Assembly (NCBI GenBank): GCA_965199955.1
Contig: CBDATQ010000001.1
Location: forward strand, 2,240,001-2,304,000
DNA: 64,000 nt
Reading direction: 5' to 3'
Origin: Spirochaetia bacterium
GTDB taxonomy: Bacteria > Spirochaetota > Spirochaetia > SZUA-6 > Bin103
In this document: one piece after another, positions 1 through 10,425 of the stretch
Position numbering within the stretch: position 1 is the first letter of the stretch
How the letters are laid out: every line of letters begins with the position of its first letter
Program-made: the position numbers and the translations under genes
The notes under the pieces: generated by a model
What the model was told of the DNA's origin: nothing
What the model saw: only the letters and a program-made list of their open reading frames with translations
Databases searched by the model: none

Positions 1-529
1 CAGGACGTCGCCCGAGCTGTTCGTCGCCGAGCGGCGCGGACGGGTCGTCGCGTACGCGGTGGTGCAGCCGGCTTCACGGCTGGTCAAGGAGCACGGCGGG
101 CAGCCGGAACTTGTGGCGGCGCTGCTGCGCGCCGTCTACGCCCTCGTGGATGCGGTCAACCAAGGGCGATCCACGACCGAACGCGACGACCAGGAGCGCG
201 TCGATCTGACCAGCGAACTGCAGGTCGAGGTCATCCCGCAGCAGACCGGGCTGGTGGCGCTGCTCGACCGGATCGGCATCCCGGTGACGCGCGCGCCGTG
301 GCACATGTTGCAGCTCATCGATCCGGCCGAGATCCTGCGCAAGCTGGGTCTGAACGACGTGACGGTGCACACGCGCGGTGACCGGTTCGTGCTGAGCGGC
401 CCGGACGGCGAGGAAGTGCTGTCGCGCCGGATGCTCGTCAAGGCGCTGTTCGGTCCGGAACGGGTGACGGCGGTCGCGGGCGACCGGCTGCCGGTCCTGC
501 TGTCCACGCCGAGCACCGATCATGTCTGA
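1..529 (+). CDS. 5'-truncated protein, probably GNAT-family acetyltransferase C-terminal part
   Basis: Frame open from window edge (..SPELFVAERRGRVVAYAVVQP..), GNAT-like strand pattern; stop at 529. Confidence 0.45.
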   Translation, partial: RTSPELFVAERRGRVVAYAVVQPASRLVKEHGGQPELVAALLRAVYALVDAVNQGRSTTERDDQERVDLTSELQVEVIPQQTGLVALLDRIGIPVTRAPWHMLQLIDPAEILRKLGLNDVTVHTRGDRFVLSGPDGEEVLSRRMLVKALFGPERVTAVAGDRLPVLLSTPSTDHV

Positions 530-562
530 GGGGCCCGGCGCATCGACCGCCGGGTCAGCTAC

Positions 563-1019
563 GTGGCCCCGTCCGACCTGGAACGGTTCCTGGACATCGT
601 CCGCTCCCGTCTTGCCTTCCGCTTCGACATCACGGCGGAAATCCTCACGCACCTTGCCGCGTACGACATCGACAATGACCGGCTGCTGCACCGCTACGAG
701 GATGAGTGGATCGCCACCGCCAGCGTGGCGGAGATGGTGCGCTACAAACGAGCGCACCTTCACGTGGTACTTCATGCACATGGACGTGAGTGGCCGGCCC
801 CGCGACCCGTTCGTGGCATGGCAGGACCGCGATCGACGCCGTCATCAGCGCGGACGGCACCAGCGGCCGCATCCCGGAGCTGATCCGGACGGGGCTGCCG
901 GTCTCCGGGACCTCGATGAGGTGTTAAGACGAATCGGCCGCCACTACGGCGGCCGATTCACCTGGATGCGATGCAGCGAGATCGCCTGCACCGCGCTGGA
1001 GACAGAGTTGCGAAGTTGA
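563..1019 (+). pseudogene. Fragmented hypothetical protein remnant
   Basis: Protein-like stretches switch frames (LERFLDIVRSRLAFRFDITAEILTH / FTWYFMH / LRDLDEVLRRIGRHYGGRFTWMRCSEIA). Confidence 0.4.
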
Positions 1020-1094
1020 TGACGAACGGCGTTCATGCCACCCGGTGGAGCATGAATGCCGTCCGCGGTAACGCCCGTCCTCGGTGAGGGAGAC

Positions 1095-1418
1095 CTACCA
1101 GCGTCTGGGGCCGCCTCCGCCTCCCGGCCCGCGGTCGCCTCCGCCGCGCCTGCCTCCGCCGCGGTCGCCACGCGCGCTGCGCGCTTCCTCCACGGTCAGG
1201 TACCGGCCATCGAGCTCCGCACCGTTCAATCCGCGAACCGCGGCGGCGGCTTCCTCGTCCGAGCCCATTTCCACGAATCCGAAGCCACGAGAGCTACCGG
1301 AATACCGATCCGTCACCACCTCGGCGGATTCAACCTTGCCATGCTGTGCAAACAGCTGGAATAGCGTTTCATCGGTAGCGCTGAACGGCAGGCCCCCGAT
1401 ATAGAGTCTTTTTCCCAT
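1095..1418 (-). CDS. RRM RNA-binding protein with Gly/Arg-rich tail
   Basis: RNP2 LYIGGL, RNP1 RGFGFVEM. Confidence 0.92.
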   Translation of the reverse strand: MGKRLYIGGLPFSATDETLFQLFAQHGKVESAEVVTDRYSGSSRGFGFVEMGSDEEAAAAVRGLNGAELDGRYLTVEEARSARGDRGGGRRGGGDRGPGGGGGPRRW

Positions 1419-1465
1419 CGCGCGGCCAGTTTAGCAGGAGCCGGCCACTTAGGCAACGACCTATT

Positions 1466-2416
1466 TCAGGATTCCCATTCTGATGCTTCGTCGAGGTGTT
1501 CCAGGTGCTCCGCGGAGAGCCGGTAGCCGGCCGCGCCGGCGAGCTCGGTCACCTGCTCGGGGGTGGAGGCGCCGATCACCGGAGCGGTGACGCCGGGCTT
1601 CGAGAACAGCCAGGCGAGCGCCGTCTGCGCCACCGTGTGCCGGTCGCGGGCTGCGATCTTGCCGATCTCGGTCACCAGGTGGGAGGCGCGCACGGGATCC
1701 AGGTCGTAGCCATGCGGCCCGCTGCGCCAGCGCGGTGCCGGGATGTCTCCCCCGTGAAAGCGGCCGGTCAGGATGCCGCGCGCCAGCGGCCGGTACGGCA
1801 ACACGGCGACGCCGAGCGCGACGGCGGCGTCGGCCAGTTCGCGTTCGAAGGCGCTACGGGCCAGCAGGCTGTAGTGCGGCTGCACGCTCGCGTAGGAGAC
1901 CAGGTGGGACGCGGTGCTGATGCCCAGCGCGTGCGCGAGACGCCAGGCGGACACGTTGGAGCAGCCCACGTAGCGGACCTTTCCGTGGCGTACCATCTGG
2001 TCAAGCGCCCACAGCGTCTCCTCGTCGGGCGTATCGGGATCGGGCCAGTGCGTCTGGTACAGGTCGATCCAGTCGGTCCCGAGCCTGCGGAGGCTCTCCT
2101 CCACGGCCGCCAGCAGGTGTCGCCGGCTGAGCCCTCGGTCGGTGGGGTGCGGGCCGGTCGGCGAGCCCCCCTTGGTCGCCACCACCAGCGCCTGGCGATT
2201 GCCGCGCCGCCTCATCCAGTCACCGAGGGCGGCCTCGGATGCACCGACCTCCGGTCCGTAGATGTCCGCGGAATCGATGAAGGTGCCGCCGCGCTCGACG
2301 AAGGCATCGAGCACCGGATCGCTCGTGTCGGCGAACGGCTGCGCGCCGAAGCCGGCCGTTCCCAGGCAGAGCTCGGACACCATGAGCCCGGTGCGGCCAA
2401 GACGTCGCTGCAACAT
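1466..2416 (-). CDS. Aldo/keto reductase
   Basis: LGRTGLMVSELCLGT, FIDSADIYG, SLRRLGTDWIDLYQTHWPD, GKVRYVGCSN. Confidence 0.93.
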   Translation of the reverse strand: MLQRRLGRTGLMVSELCLGTAGFGAQPFADTSDPVLDAFVERGGTFIDSADIYGPEVGASEAALGDWMRRRGNRQALVVATKGGSPTGPHPTDRGLSRRHLLAAVEESLRRLGTDWIDLYQTHWPDPDTPDEETLWALDQMVRHGKVRYVGCSNVSAWRLAHALGISTASHLVSYASVQPHYSLLARSAFERELADAAVALGVAVLPYRPLARGILTGRFHGGDIPAPRWRSGPHGYDLDPVRASHLVTEIGKIAARDRHTVAQTALAWLFSKPGVTAPVIGASTPEQVTELAGAAGYRLSAEHLEHLDEASEWES

Positions 2417-2504
2417 GCGGGCAGAATCATACCTTCTTGGCGCGGCGCAGCGCAGCGTATCGGGTGCCTTGGCGCGGCTCGGTGGTTGCGCTACCGTCGC
2501 GGCG

Positions 2505-2921
2505 GTGGACCGCACGTTGGGACGGCGGCTGATCGCGGCGGTGGTCGTCCTCACACTGCTTGGCACGCCGGCCGCCGCCCAGGAAGCGCCCGCGGAAACG
2601 AACGAGCCGTCCGAGGCTGCGCCCGCGCACGTGTTGCCGGGGACAACGCCACCCGCGGAGCCGGTCAGGGACTACTGGCCGCTGCTGGTAGCCGGCATCG
2701 GCGTGGTGGCGGGCGGCCTTGCGGGTGCGCGGCTGGCCAACCTGGAGGCCGAACGGTGGGAGGCGATGTCGGATGGGACGGCGAACCGACAGCAGCAGAT
2801 TGACGCCTGGAACACCTGGACGGTGGCCGGCTCGGTGGCGGCGACGGTCGGGGTCGGCCTGGTCGTGCTGTGGGGCACCATCCGGCTGTCGCAGGCGTCC
2901 GCGGCTCCGGTCGGCCCGTGA
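2505..2921 (+). CDS. Hypothetical exported/membrane protein
   Basis: Signal-peptide-like N-terminus (..TPAAA-QE) and two hydrophobic segments; start uncertain. Confidence 0.55.
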   Translation: MDRTLGRRLIAAVVVLTLLGTPAAAQEAPAETNEPSEAAPAHVLPGTTPPAEPVRDYWPLLVAGIGVVAGGLAGARLANLEAERWEAMSDGTANRQQQIDAWNTWTVAGSVAATVGVGLVVLWGTIRLSQASAAPVGP

Positions 2922-2974
2922 CCGGCGCCCCGTCATGAGGCGGAAGTCCGCGCGAAAGGGGCAAGGAGGATTCG

Positions 2975-3391
2975 ATGGCGGCGATGGATTTGGGTGCGAT
3001 CAACTACGTGGCGGCAGCCGTGTCGGCCGTGGTGCTGATGGCGCTGGGATTCGCCTGGTACGCGCCGTTCCTGTTCGGCAAGGCGTGGATGGCGGCGCTC
3101 GGCAAGACCGAGGAGGAAATGCGCGCCGCAGGCTCCAGTCCGGCACTGGTGGCCGCGATGGCGGAAGCCATCCTGACCTCGCTGGTGCTGGCGATCGTCT
3201 TCCAGGCGGCCGGAGTCTCCGGGGTCGGCGGCGGCATCGTCGCGGCGCTGGTCCTGGCAATCGCCTTCTCGGGCACGTCGATCGTCTCCAACGGCGCGTT
3301 CGAGGGACGGCCGCGGGCGTTGGTGCTGATCAACCTGGGCTACCGGCTGGTCTCCTACCCGATCGTGGGCATCATCCTGTCGATCTGGTAG
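2975..3391 (+). CDS. DUF1761-like membrane protein
   Basis: INYVAAAVSAV..LGFAWYAPFLFGKAWM; four TM segments; AGGAGG RBS. Confidence 0.8.
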   Translation: MAAMDLGAINYVAAAVSAVVLMALGFAWYAPFLFGKAWMAALGKTEEEMRAAGSSPALVAAMAEAILTSLVLAIVFQAAGVSGVGGGIVAALVLAIAFSGTSIVSNGAFEGRPRALVLINLGYRLVSYPIVGIILSIW

Positions 3392-5612
3392 ACCCCGGCG
3401 GTCCGGCAGCGCGCCGAACCGTTTCCGCCCAGACCGATTCCGGGTCGAGCGGGAGCGACGCCGGCTGCGCGCCGGTGGCGGCCCTGACGGCGTTGGCGGC
3501 GGCCGCCGCGCCGGCGACGATCGGCGGCTCGCCGACGCCGAGGGCTCCGTATGGCCCATGCGAGGGCCGCTGCAGCAGGTGGGTGGTGATCGGCGGCACC
3601 GAGGTGGCCCTGGGCATGCCGTAGTCCATCAGCGTGCCGGTCAGGAGTTGGCCGTCGTCGTCGTGGCGCAGCGCCTCGTGCAGGCCGATGCCCAGCCCCT
3701 GCGCGGCGCCGCCGTGGAGTTGGCCCTCCACCAGCAGCGGATTCATCGCGAAGCCGACGTCCTGCGCCGACAGGTAGTCGGTCGGCCGCACCCGGCCGGT
3801 CTCCCGGTCGACGGCGACGCGCACCACGTGCGCGATGAACACGGCGGCGCCGCCGGGCCCGGCGGCTTGACCGCTGGCCTGGATCGGTCCGCGCCGGTGG
3901 GGCAGGGATGACTCCGCGCTCTGCGCCGCGTGGGCCAGCGCGCCTACGGAAATCGTCCGGTCCGGCACCCCCGCGACCCGCACGGCGCCGTCGGCGATCT
4001 CCAGGTCCTCCACGGCGGCCTCGAAGTGGTCGGCCGCCTGGGCCAGGAGCTGACGCCGGGCGGCGGCGGCGGCCGTGCGCACCGCATCGGCCGCCGAGCA
4101 GGCGATGTTGCTGCCGCCGGCGCTCGGCCCGTACGGCGCCGAGGCCGAGTCGGCGATCTGCACGCGGACCTGCCGCGGGTCGACGCCGATCTCCTCGGCC
4201 GCCACCAGGACGAGCGAGGAGTACACGCCCGAGATGTCGACCGCGCCCATCGTCACCACCACGGTGCCGTCAGGATCCACGCGGCAGGCGGCCGCGCACG
4301 GGTCGACCAGGGGGATCCATCCGGCGATGGCGAGCCCGGTGCCGCCGGTGCCGGCCTCGTGGCGGGACCGCCACAGCGGATGCGATTCGACCGCTTCCAG
4401 GCAGGCGAGCTGGCCGCCCGCGGGCCATGGCGTGCCGTCGGGCTGCGGGTCGCCGGCCCGCACCACGTTGCGTTTGCGGAACTCCAGCGGGTCCACCTCC
4501 AGCGCGGCGGCCAGGGCGTCGACCGCGGTCTCCAGCACAAACGTGGTCTGCGGCGCGCCGGGCGCGCGGTAGGCGCCGGTAGCGTGCACGTTCGTGCATA
4601 CGTCACGCCAGCGGATGGCAAGATGCGGGATCCGGTAGCACCCGGCCAGCCGCTTGGCGATGCCGCCTCCCATGCCGTTCGGGAATGCTCCGTTGTCCAG
4701 GCTGATGTCCACGCGCAGGGCGGTGAGCTCGCCGTGGCGGTCGGCGCCCAGCTCCAGCTCGATCGACATCGCCGGGGTCGGCGTGGTGATCGCCAGGTCG
4801 GTCGATCGATCGAGCACCAGCTTCACCGGACGGTTCAGGTGCAGGGCCGCGGCCGCGGCCAGCGGATCGATCACGCCTCCCTTGCCGCCGAAGCCGCCGC
4901 CCACGGCCATCGGCACGACACGGACCGCGGCGGCAGGCAGCTCCAGGATCGAGGCGAGCCGGGTGCGCACGTCGAACTGACCCTGACAGCCGGAATAGAC
5001 GGTCACTCCGGGAGTGAGGTTCGCTGCGCTCACTCCGGGAGTGAGGTCCGGATCCGGGGCCGCCACAACCGCGGTCGGCTCCAGGTAGCCCTGGTGCACG
5101 AATGGCGTGCGGCACGTCCGCTTCACGACGTGAGCGGACGCCTCCAGCGCCGCCCGGACGTCGCCGCGGACATACTCGCCGTCTGCCGACGGCGGCCCGC
5201 CCTGTGTCGCGGCCGACACGCCGACGACCGGCGGCAGCGGCTCGTAGTCCACCTCGACGAGCGCTGCACCGTCCGCGGCCGCCGCCGCCGACTCGCCGAC
5301 CACCAGAGCGACCGGTTGCCCCGCGAAGGTGACCATTTCGCGTGCCAGCACCAACTCCTGCCGGATCGTCGTCGGCTCGGCGGTCACCGGCAGATCGTCG
5401 GCGGTGAGCACGGCAACCACACCCGGTACGGAGCGTGCTTCCGCGGCATGCACGGCGCGCAGCCGGGCATGCGCCTCGGTGCTCAGCACCGGCTGGGCGT
5501 GCAGCATGCCGGCGAGCTCCACGTCGGCGGCGTAGCGGGTGGCGCCGAGCGCCTTCGCGCGGCCGTCGATCAACGGCCGCGGACGGCCCAGGTAGCGGTA
5601 CGGCGCGCTCAT
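3372..5612 (-). CDS. Xanthine dehydrogenase-family molybdopterin-binding large subunit (orphan)
   Basis: HQGYLEP, VGGGFGGK, AYRAPG, VEGQLHGGAAQGLG, GVGEPP. Confidence 0.92.
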   Translation of the reverse strand: MSAPYRYLGRPRPLIDGRAKALGATRYAADVELAGMLHAQPVLSTEAHARLRAVHAAEARSVPGVVAVLTADDLPVTAEPTTIRQELVLAREMVTFAGQPVALVVGESAAAAADGAALVEVDYEPLPPVVGVSAATQGGPPSADGEYVRGDVRAALEASAHVVKRTCRTPFVHQGYLEPTAVVAAPDPDLTPGVSAANLTPGVTVYSGCQGQFDVRTRLASILELPAAAVRVVPMAVGGGFGGKGGVIDPLAAAAALHLNRPVKLVLDRSTDLAITTPTPAMSIELELGADRHGELTALRVDISLDNGAFPNGMGGGIAKRLAGCYRIPHLAIRWRDVCTNVHATGAYRAPGAPQTTFVLETAVDALAAALEVDPLEFRKRNVVRAGDPQPDGTPWPAGGQLACLEAVESHPLWRSRHEAGTGGTGLAIAGWIPLVDPCAAACRVDPDGTVVVTMGAVDISGVYSSLVLVAAEEIGVDPRQVRVQIADSASAPYGPSAGGSNIACSAADAVRTAAAAARRQLLAQAADHFEAAVEDLEIADGAVRVAGVPDRTISVGALAHAAQSAESSLPHRRGPIQASGQAAGPGGAAVFIAHVVRVAVDRETGRVRPTDYLSAQDVGFAMNPLLVEGQLHGGAAQGLGIGLHEALRHDDDGQLLTGTLMDYGMPRATSVPPITTHLLQRPSHGPYGALGVGEPPIVAGAAAAANAVRAATGAQPASLPLDPESVWAETVRRAAGPPGSTRSTG
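5003..5047. repeat. 18-bp direct repeat (tcactccgggagtgaggt, 27-bp period) inside the large-subunit gene
   Basis: Copies at 5003-5020 and 5030-5047; protein reads LTPGVSAANLTPGVT. Confidence 0.85.
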
Positions 5613-6076
5613 GCCGAGGGCTCGACCGTCAACAGCGCTTCGCCGGGCGAACGCGCGCACCGGTACGCCGCAGTAAATTCCGCCTGCCGTTCGGGGTGCA
5701 GGTCGGCCACTTCCTCCTCCGTCAGCCACGCGAACCGCTCATGTTCGTGGCTCAGCACCACTTCTCCGGCGACGTACTCGCACAGGAAGTCGATCCCCAC
5801 GAGCTGGAGTGGCCCGCGCACGGAGTGCCAGGTCGAGACCGGCCCTGCCACCTCGACCTGCAGACCGGTCTCCTCGGCGACCTCACGGCGCAGCGCATCG
5901 GTCGGTGACTCCCCGAACGCGACTCGGCCGCCGGGCAGATCCACGCGCACGTCGGGATCGGGATCGCCGAGGGCCTCCTCGCGTGTCTTGTAGAGCACCA
6001 GCAGGCGCGGACCGTCCACGATCGCCGCCTTGACCGCCACGCCAAAGGACCCATCTCCTGTCATTTCGTTCTCCAT
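5609..6076 (-). CDS. NUDIX hydrolase
   Basis: Nudix box PGGRVAFGESPTDALRREVAEETGL; start uncertain. Confidence 0.9.
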   Translation of the reverse strand: MENEMTGDGSFGVAVKAAIVDGPRLLVLYKTREEALGDPDPDVRVDLPGGRVAFGESPTDALRREVAEETGLQVEVAGPVSTWHSVRGPLQLVGIDFLCEYVAGEVVLSHEHERFAWLTEEEVADLHPERQAEFTAAYRCARSPGEALLTVEPSA

Positions 6077-6117
6077 CGATCTCACCGTTTTCCGGGGCCG
6101 AGGGTATACTCGGCGCC

Positions 6118-7206
6118 ATGAGTACCCAAGTGGGTTTCCGCGTCGGCGCGATCGGGCACACCGGGCGCGGCAATTTCGGCCACGGCCTGCACCTCGGCTT
6201 TCGGGACGTCGAAGGCGTGCAGCCGGTGGCGGTGGCCGACCCGGACCCCGCCGGCCGGGCCGCGGCCCGGCAGGAGATCGGCGCCGCGAATGCCTATGCC
6301 GACTACCGGGAGATGCTGGTCGCCGAATCGCTGGACATCGTCGCGGTCTGCCCGCGCTACGTCGACCGCCACGAGGAGCTGCTCATGGCCGCGATCGACG
6401 CGGGGTGCCACATCTACTGCGAGAAGCCCATGACCGCCGACCTGGCGACCGCCGACCGCGTGATCGCCGCGGCCGACGCGAAGGGGGTGAAGATCGCGGT
6501 CGCCCACCAGAACGTCTACCTGCCGCAGCTCCAGGAGCTGCGGCGGCGCGTCGGCGACGGCCTGATCGGCACGCTCCTGGAGCTGCGCGGCACCGGCAAG
6601 CAGGATCGGCGCGGTGGCGGAGAGGACATGCTGGTGCTGGGCACGCACGTGTTCAACACGATGCGCCACTTCGCCGGCGACGTCGCATGGATCTCCGGCC
6701 ACGTCACCGCCGGCGGCCGGGAGATCGGCCCCGGCGACGCGCGCGAGGCGACCGAGCCGATCGGCCTGATCGCCGGCGACGCGGTCACCGGACATTACAG
6801 CTTCGTCGGCGGAGCCGTCGGCAGCTTCACCTCGCGCGCCAACCAGCCCGGAGACGGCCGCGGGTTCAGCCTGCAGTTGATCGGTGACCGCGGCAGCGTG
6901 GCGATGCGCGGCGCCGGCAACGACTTCGTGATCGCCCGCCACGACCACTGGGCGCCGTGGGACGGCATCGACGGCTGGGACCCTCTGGACCTGGGAGCCG
7001 GCGAGCTCCACAAGGACGGCAACCGGCTGGCGATCGAGGACCTGATCGCCGCGATCGACGCCGACACCGAACCTCTGTCGAGCGCGCGCGCGGCGCGCGC
7101 GGCCCTGGAGATGATCCACGGCGTGTACGCGTCGCAGATTGCCGGTGCGCGGGTCGCCGTGCCACTGGTCGACCGCGGCCATCCGCTGGCGCGGCTGCAG
7201 TCCTGA
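6118..7206 (+). CDS. Gfo/Idh/MocA family oxidoreductase
   Basis: GHTGRGNFGH, HIYCEKPM, LGTH. Confidence 0.9.
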   Translation: MSTQVGFRVGAIGHTGRGNFGHGLHLGFRDVEGVQPVAVADPDPAGRAAARQEIGAANAYADYREMLVAESLDIVAVCPRYVDRHEELLMAAIDAGCHIYCEKPMTADLATADRVIAAADAKGVKIAVAHQNVYLPQLQELRRRVGDGLIGTLLELRGTGKQDRRGGGEDMLVLGTHVFNTMRHFAGDVAWISGHVTAGGREIGPGDAREATEPIGLIAGDAVTGHYSFVGGAVGSFTSRANQPGDGRGFSLQLIGDRGSVAMRGAGNDFVIARHDHWAPWDGIDGWDPLDLGAGELHKDGNRLAIEDLIAAIDADTEPLSSARAARAALEMIHGVYASQIAGARVAVPLVDRGHPLARLQS

Positions 7207-8309
7207 TAGCCGCCGTCTATCGCGCGGCGCGGATCGGCTGCAGCCACCGCAGCACCTCCATCGGCCGGGCCTACGCCGAGCACCCCCGCACCGAGCTGGT
7301 CGGGCTGTGCGACCTCGACGCGGAGCGGCTGCGGACGCTGGGAGACACGCTGGGAGTGGCCGCCCGGTTCACCGGCCTGGAGGCGATACTCGACGCCGTC
7401 CAGCCGCAGATCGTGGTGATCCCAACCGGCACCGAGTTCCACTACGCGCTCGCGATGCGTGTGCTCGACCACGGGGCGTATCACCTCGACGTCGAGAAGC
7501 CGATCTGCGTCGACCTGGAACAGGCGGACGCCGTCCGGCGCCGCGCGCGGGAGCGCGGCGTGCGGATCGCGGTCCATCACCAGGGCCGCACCAGCCCGGC
7601 AGCGCGGGCGGCGGCGGATGCGGTCGCGGACGGACTGGTCGGCGACTTGATCCACCGCCGCGCGCGGCAAGGGCTACTACGGCGGTTACGGCATCATGAA
7701 CATCGGCTGCCATCTGCTGACCCGGTGCGCAGGCGTTCCTGGGACGCTGCCGGCGCGTTACCGCAAGCCTGCGCACGGACGGTCGGCCGATCACGCCCGA
7801 CGACGTGGTGCCGTCACCGAACGGCATGGGCACCGTCGGCGGCGAACGCCTGTCTGCCGAGCTGGAGTTCGCCGACGGCGTGAACCTGACCCTGATGCAT
7901 GACCGCCTGCCGGCGGCGAGCGGCGGGTCCATGGGCGTGGAGCTGATGGGCACCGAGGGCAGGATCCTGCTCCAGCACGGCGTCGCGTGGCACGTCGCCA
8001 CCCCGTTTCCGCGACCGCGCCAGGGAGAATCCCCTGGGCGGCGGGGACGATACGCCGGAGCTTCGCCACGGCATGGAGCTGGCGTTCGTGGACGAGTACG
8101 TGCGCGCGCTCGATGCGGGCGACGAGCACGAGTCGAGCGGTGAAGTGGGCACGCACTCGCTGGAGATGATCATGGCCGCATTCGAGTCGGCGGTGTATGG
8201 ACACCCGGTCGAGCTTCCGCAGCAGCAGCGGGGCCACCCGCTGGTGCGCTGGCGGGCCGAGCACGGGCTGGGGCCGCCGCCGGCCGCCCCCCGCCCGTAC
8301 CAGGAGTGA
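7207..8309 (+). pseudogene. Second Gfo/Idh/MocA oxidoreductase, multiply frameshifted
   Basis: LVGLCDLD..VEKPIC in one frame; MNIGCHLL, VELMGTEG and HSLEMIMAAFES in other frames. Confidence 0.75.
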
Positions 8310-8357
8310 CTGGCGCACGGGGACCGACGCCTGGGACGCGGGTAACCCGCGGGGCCG

Positions 8358-9584
8358 TTACGGCTCCGCGGGGGCCGGGCCGAAGGCGCCCGCGGCGTGC
8401 AGGTTCCTGACGCGCTCCGGCGAGTAGGCCAGCAGTCCTCGCAGGATCTCTTCGCGGTGCTCGCCCAGGGCAGGCGCGCCCGGCTTGACCGCCGGATCGT
8501 CGACGCCGGCCATCTTGATCGGTGTGCCGGTGACGCGGAACCCGTCCGTGCCGGCGGCCTCCACCAGCATGGTGCGGGCCGCCACCTGCGGGTCGGCGAA
8601 CACGTCGCCGATGCCCGCGACCGGCGATACCGGCACGCCGGCCGCCTCCAGCGCGGCGGTCCACTCGCCGGTGCCACGCCGCGCCAGGGCAGTCTCCAGG
8701 GCCGCCTTGAGGGCGTCCCGGTGGTCGGTGCGGGCGGAGTTTGCGGCGAACCTCGGATCGGATGCCAACTCCGGCAGGCCCAGCACCTCGCAGAGCCGCC
8801 GGAACAGCCGGTCGTTGCCAGCCGCGATCACGATCTGGCCGTCGGCGGTGCGGAAGGTCTCGAACGGCGTGATCGACGGGTGCCGCGACCCCAGCGGTCC
8901 GGGCTCGACGCCGGTCGCCTGGTAGCGCGCCACGGCGTTCTCCAGCACGGACACGACGCTGTCGAGCATGGCGATGTCGACGCGGGCACCGCTGCCGCGT
9001 GCCGCGCCGCGTTCCCGCCTCAGCAGCCCGGCCAGCACGCCGATCACGGCATACAGGCCGCTGACGATGTCCGCGATCGACGTGCCGACGCGCACCGTCT
9101 CACCCGACTCGGTGCCGGTGATGGACAGCAGGCCGGAGCGGCCCTGGATGATCATGTCGTAGGCAGGCTTGCCGGCGTCGGGGCCGGTGTAGCCGAATCC
9201 GGAACAGGTCACGTACACCAGCCGGTCGTTGAGGGCGCGGATCCGTTCGTCGTCGAACCCCAGCCGCGAGAGCACTCCCGGACGGAAGCTCTCGATCAGC
9301 ACGTCGGCCGCGCGCAGCAGGTCGGCGAACACCTCGCGCCCGGCCGGGTTCTTGAGGTCCAGCGCGATCGAGCGCTTGCCGCAGTTGAGGCTGACGAAGT
9401 AGCTGGAAGCCCCGCCGGGGAGGAACGGGCCGAACCCGCGCGCGTCGTCTCCCGCCGGCGGCTCGACCTTGACGATGTCGGCGCCCAGGTCGCGCAGGAC
9501 CATGTTCGCGAACGGCCCGGCGAGCACCCTGGTCATGTCGACGACGACGATCCCCGCCAGCGGCCTGTGATCGGGCGAGCCCAT
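8358..9584 (-). CDS. CaiB/BaiF family III CoA-transferase
   Basis: PLAGIVVVDMTRVLAGP, LGADIVKVEPP, GKRSIALDLK, AYDMIIQ, APALGEH. Confidence 0.93.
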   Translation of the reverse strand: MGSPDHRPLAGIVVVDMTRVLAGPFANMVLRDLGADIVKVEPPAGDDARGFGPFLPGGASSYFVSLNCGKRSIALDLKNPAGREVFADLLRAADVLIESFRPGVLSRLGFDDERIRALNDRLVYVTCSGFGYTGPDAGKPAYDMIIQGRSGLLSITGTESGETVRVGTSIADIVSGLYAVIGVLAGLLRRERGAARGSGARVDIAMLDSVVSVLENAVARYQATGVEPGPLGSRHPSITPFETFRTADGQIVIAAGNDRLFRRLCEVLGLPELASDPRFAANSARTDHRDALKAALETALARRGTGEWTAALEAAGVPVSPVAGIGDVFADPQVAARTMLVEAAGTDGFRVTGTPIKMAGVDDPAVKPGAPALGEHREEILRGLLAYSPERVRNLHAAGAFGPAPAEP

Positions 9585-9598
9585 GCGTTCGCGAGCGC

Positions 9599-10425
9599 TC
9601 AGACCAGGCCCGCCGAGCAGCGCCGGCAGTACCTGGCGTCGGGATCGCTCTCCGAGGTGCCGCACTCGGGGCAGAGGCGCTTCTGGTGGCGGCTCAGCGC
9701 CAGCGAGACCTCCATGCTGACCAGCCCGGTGGGCACGGCGATCAGCCCGTAGCCCAGGATCATGATGGCCGCCGCCAGGGCCTGGCCCAAGGGAGTTGCG
9801 GGCGAGAGGTCTCCGTAGCCGACCGTGGTCAGCGTGACGATCGCCCAGTACATGGACTGCGGGATGCTGGTGAAGCCCGAGTCCTCGCCTTCGATCAGGT
9901 AGATCAGCGACCCCACCACGATCACGATCGACAGCACCGCGAACAGGAACACCGCGATCTTGCGGCCGCTGGCCTTCAGGGCGGCCACGATCAGCTCGGC
10001 CTCCGCCACGTACTTGGCGAGCTTGAGGACGCGGAACACGCGCAACACGCGCAGCACCCGGACCACGAGCAGGTAGTGGCCGCCGGGCACCAGGACGCCC
10101 AGGTAGGTGGGCGCCAGCGCCAGCAGGTCGATGACGCCGAAGAAGCTGCGCGCGTAGCGCAGCCGGCGGGGAGCCGAGTAGAGGCGCAGCACGTACTCGC
10201 CCGTGAACAGGATCGTGAACGCCCACTCCGCCGTCGACAGCAACCCTCCGGCCGCTGCTCGATCCTGGGCACGCTGTCCAGCATCACGGCCACGACGCTG
10301 CCGACGATGGACAGGATGAGCAGGATGTCGAAGCCCCTGCCCGTCGGCGTATCCGACTCGAAGATGATGAGGTAGACGCGGTCCTGAAGCCGGCTGCGCC
10401 GCCGCGTGGCGGTCGTCTCGGCCAT
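9599..10425 (-). CDS. Voltage-gated-type potassium channel with one frameshift (~10250)
   Basis: S4-like RVLRVLRVFRVLK, filter TTVGYGD, C-terminal CPECG..CRRC; N-terminus lies in the 9991..10425 frame. Confidence 0.85.
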
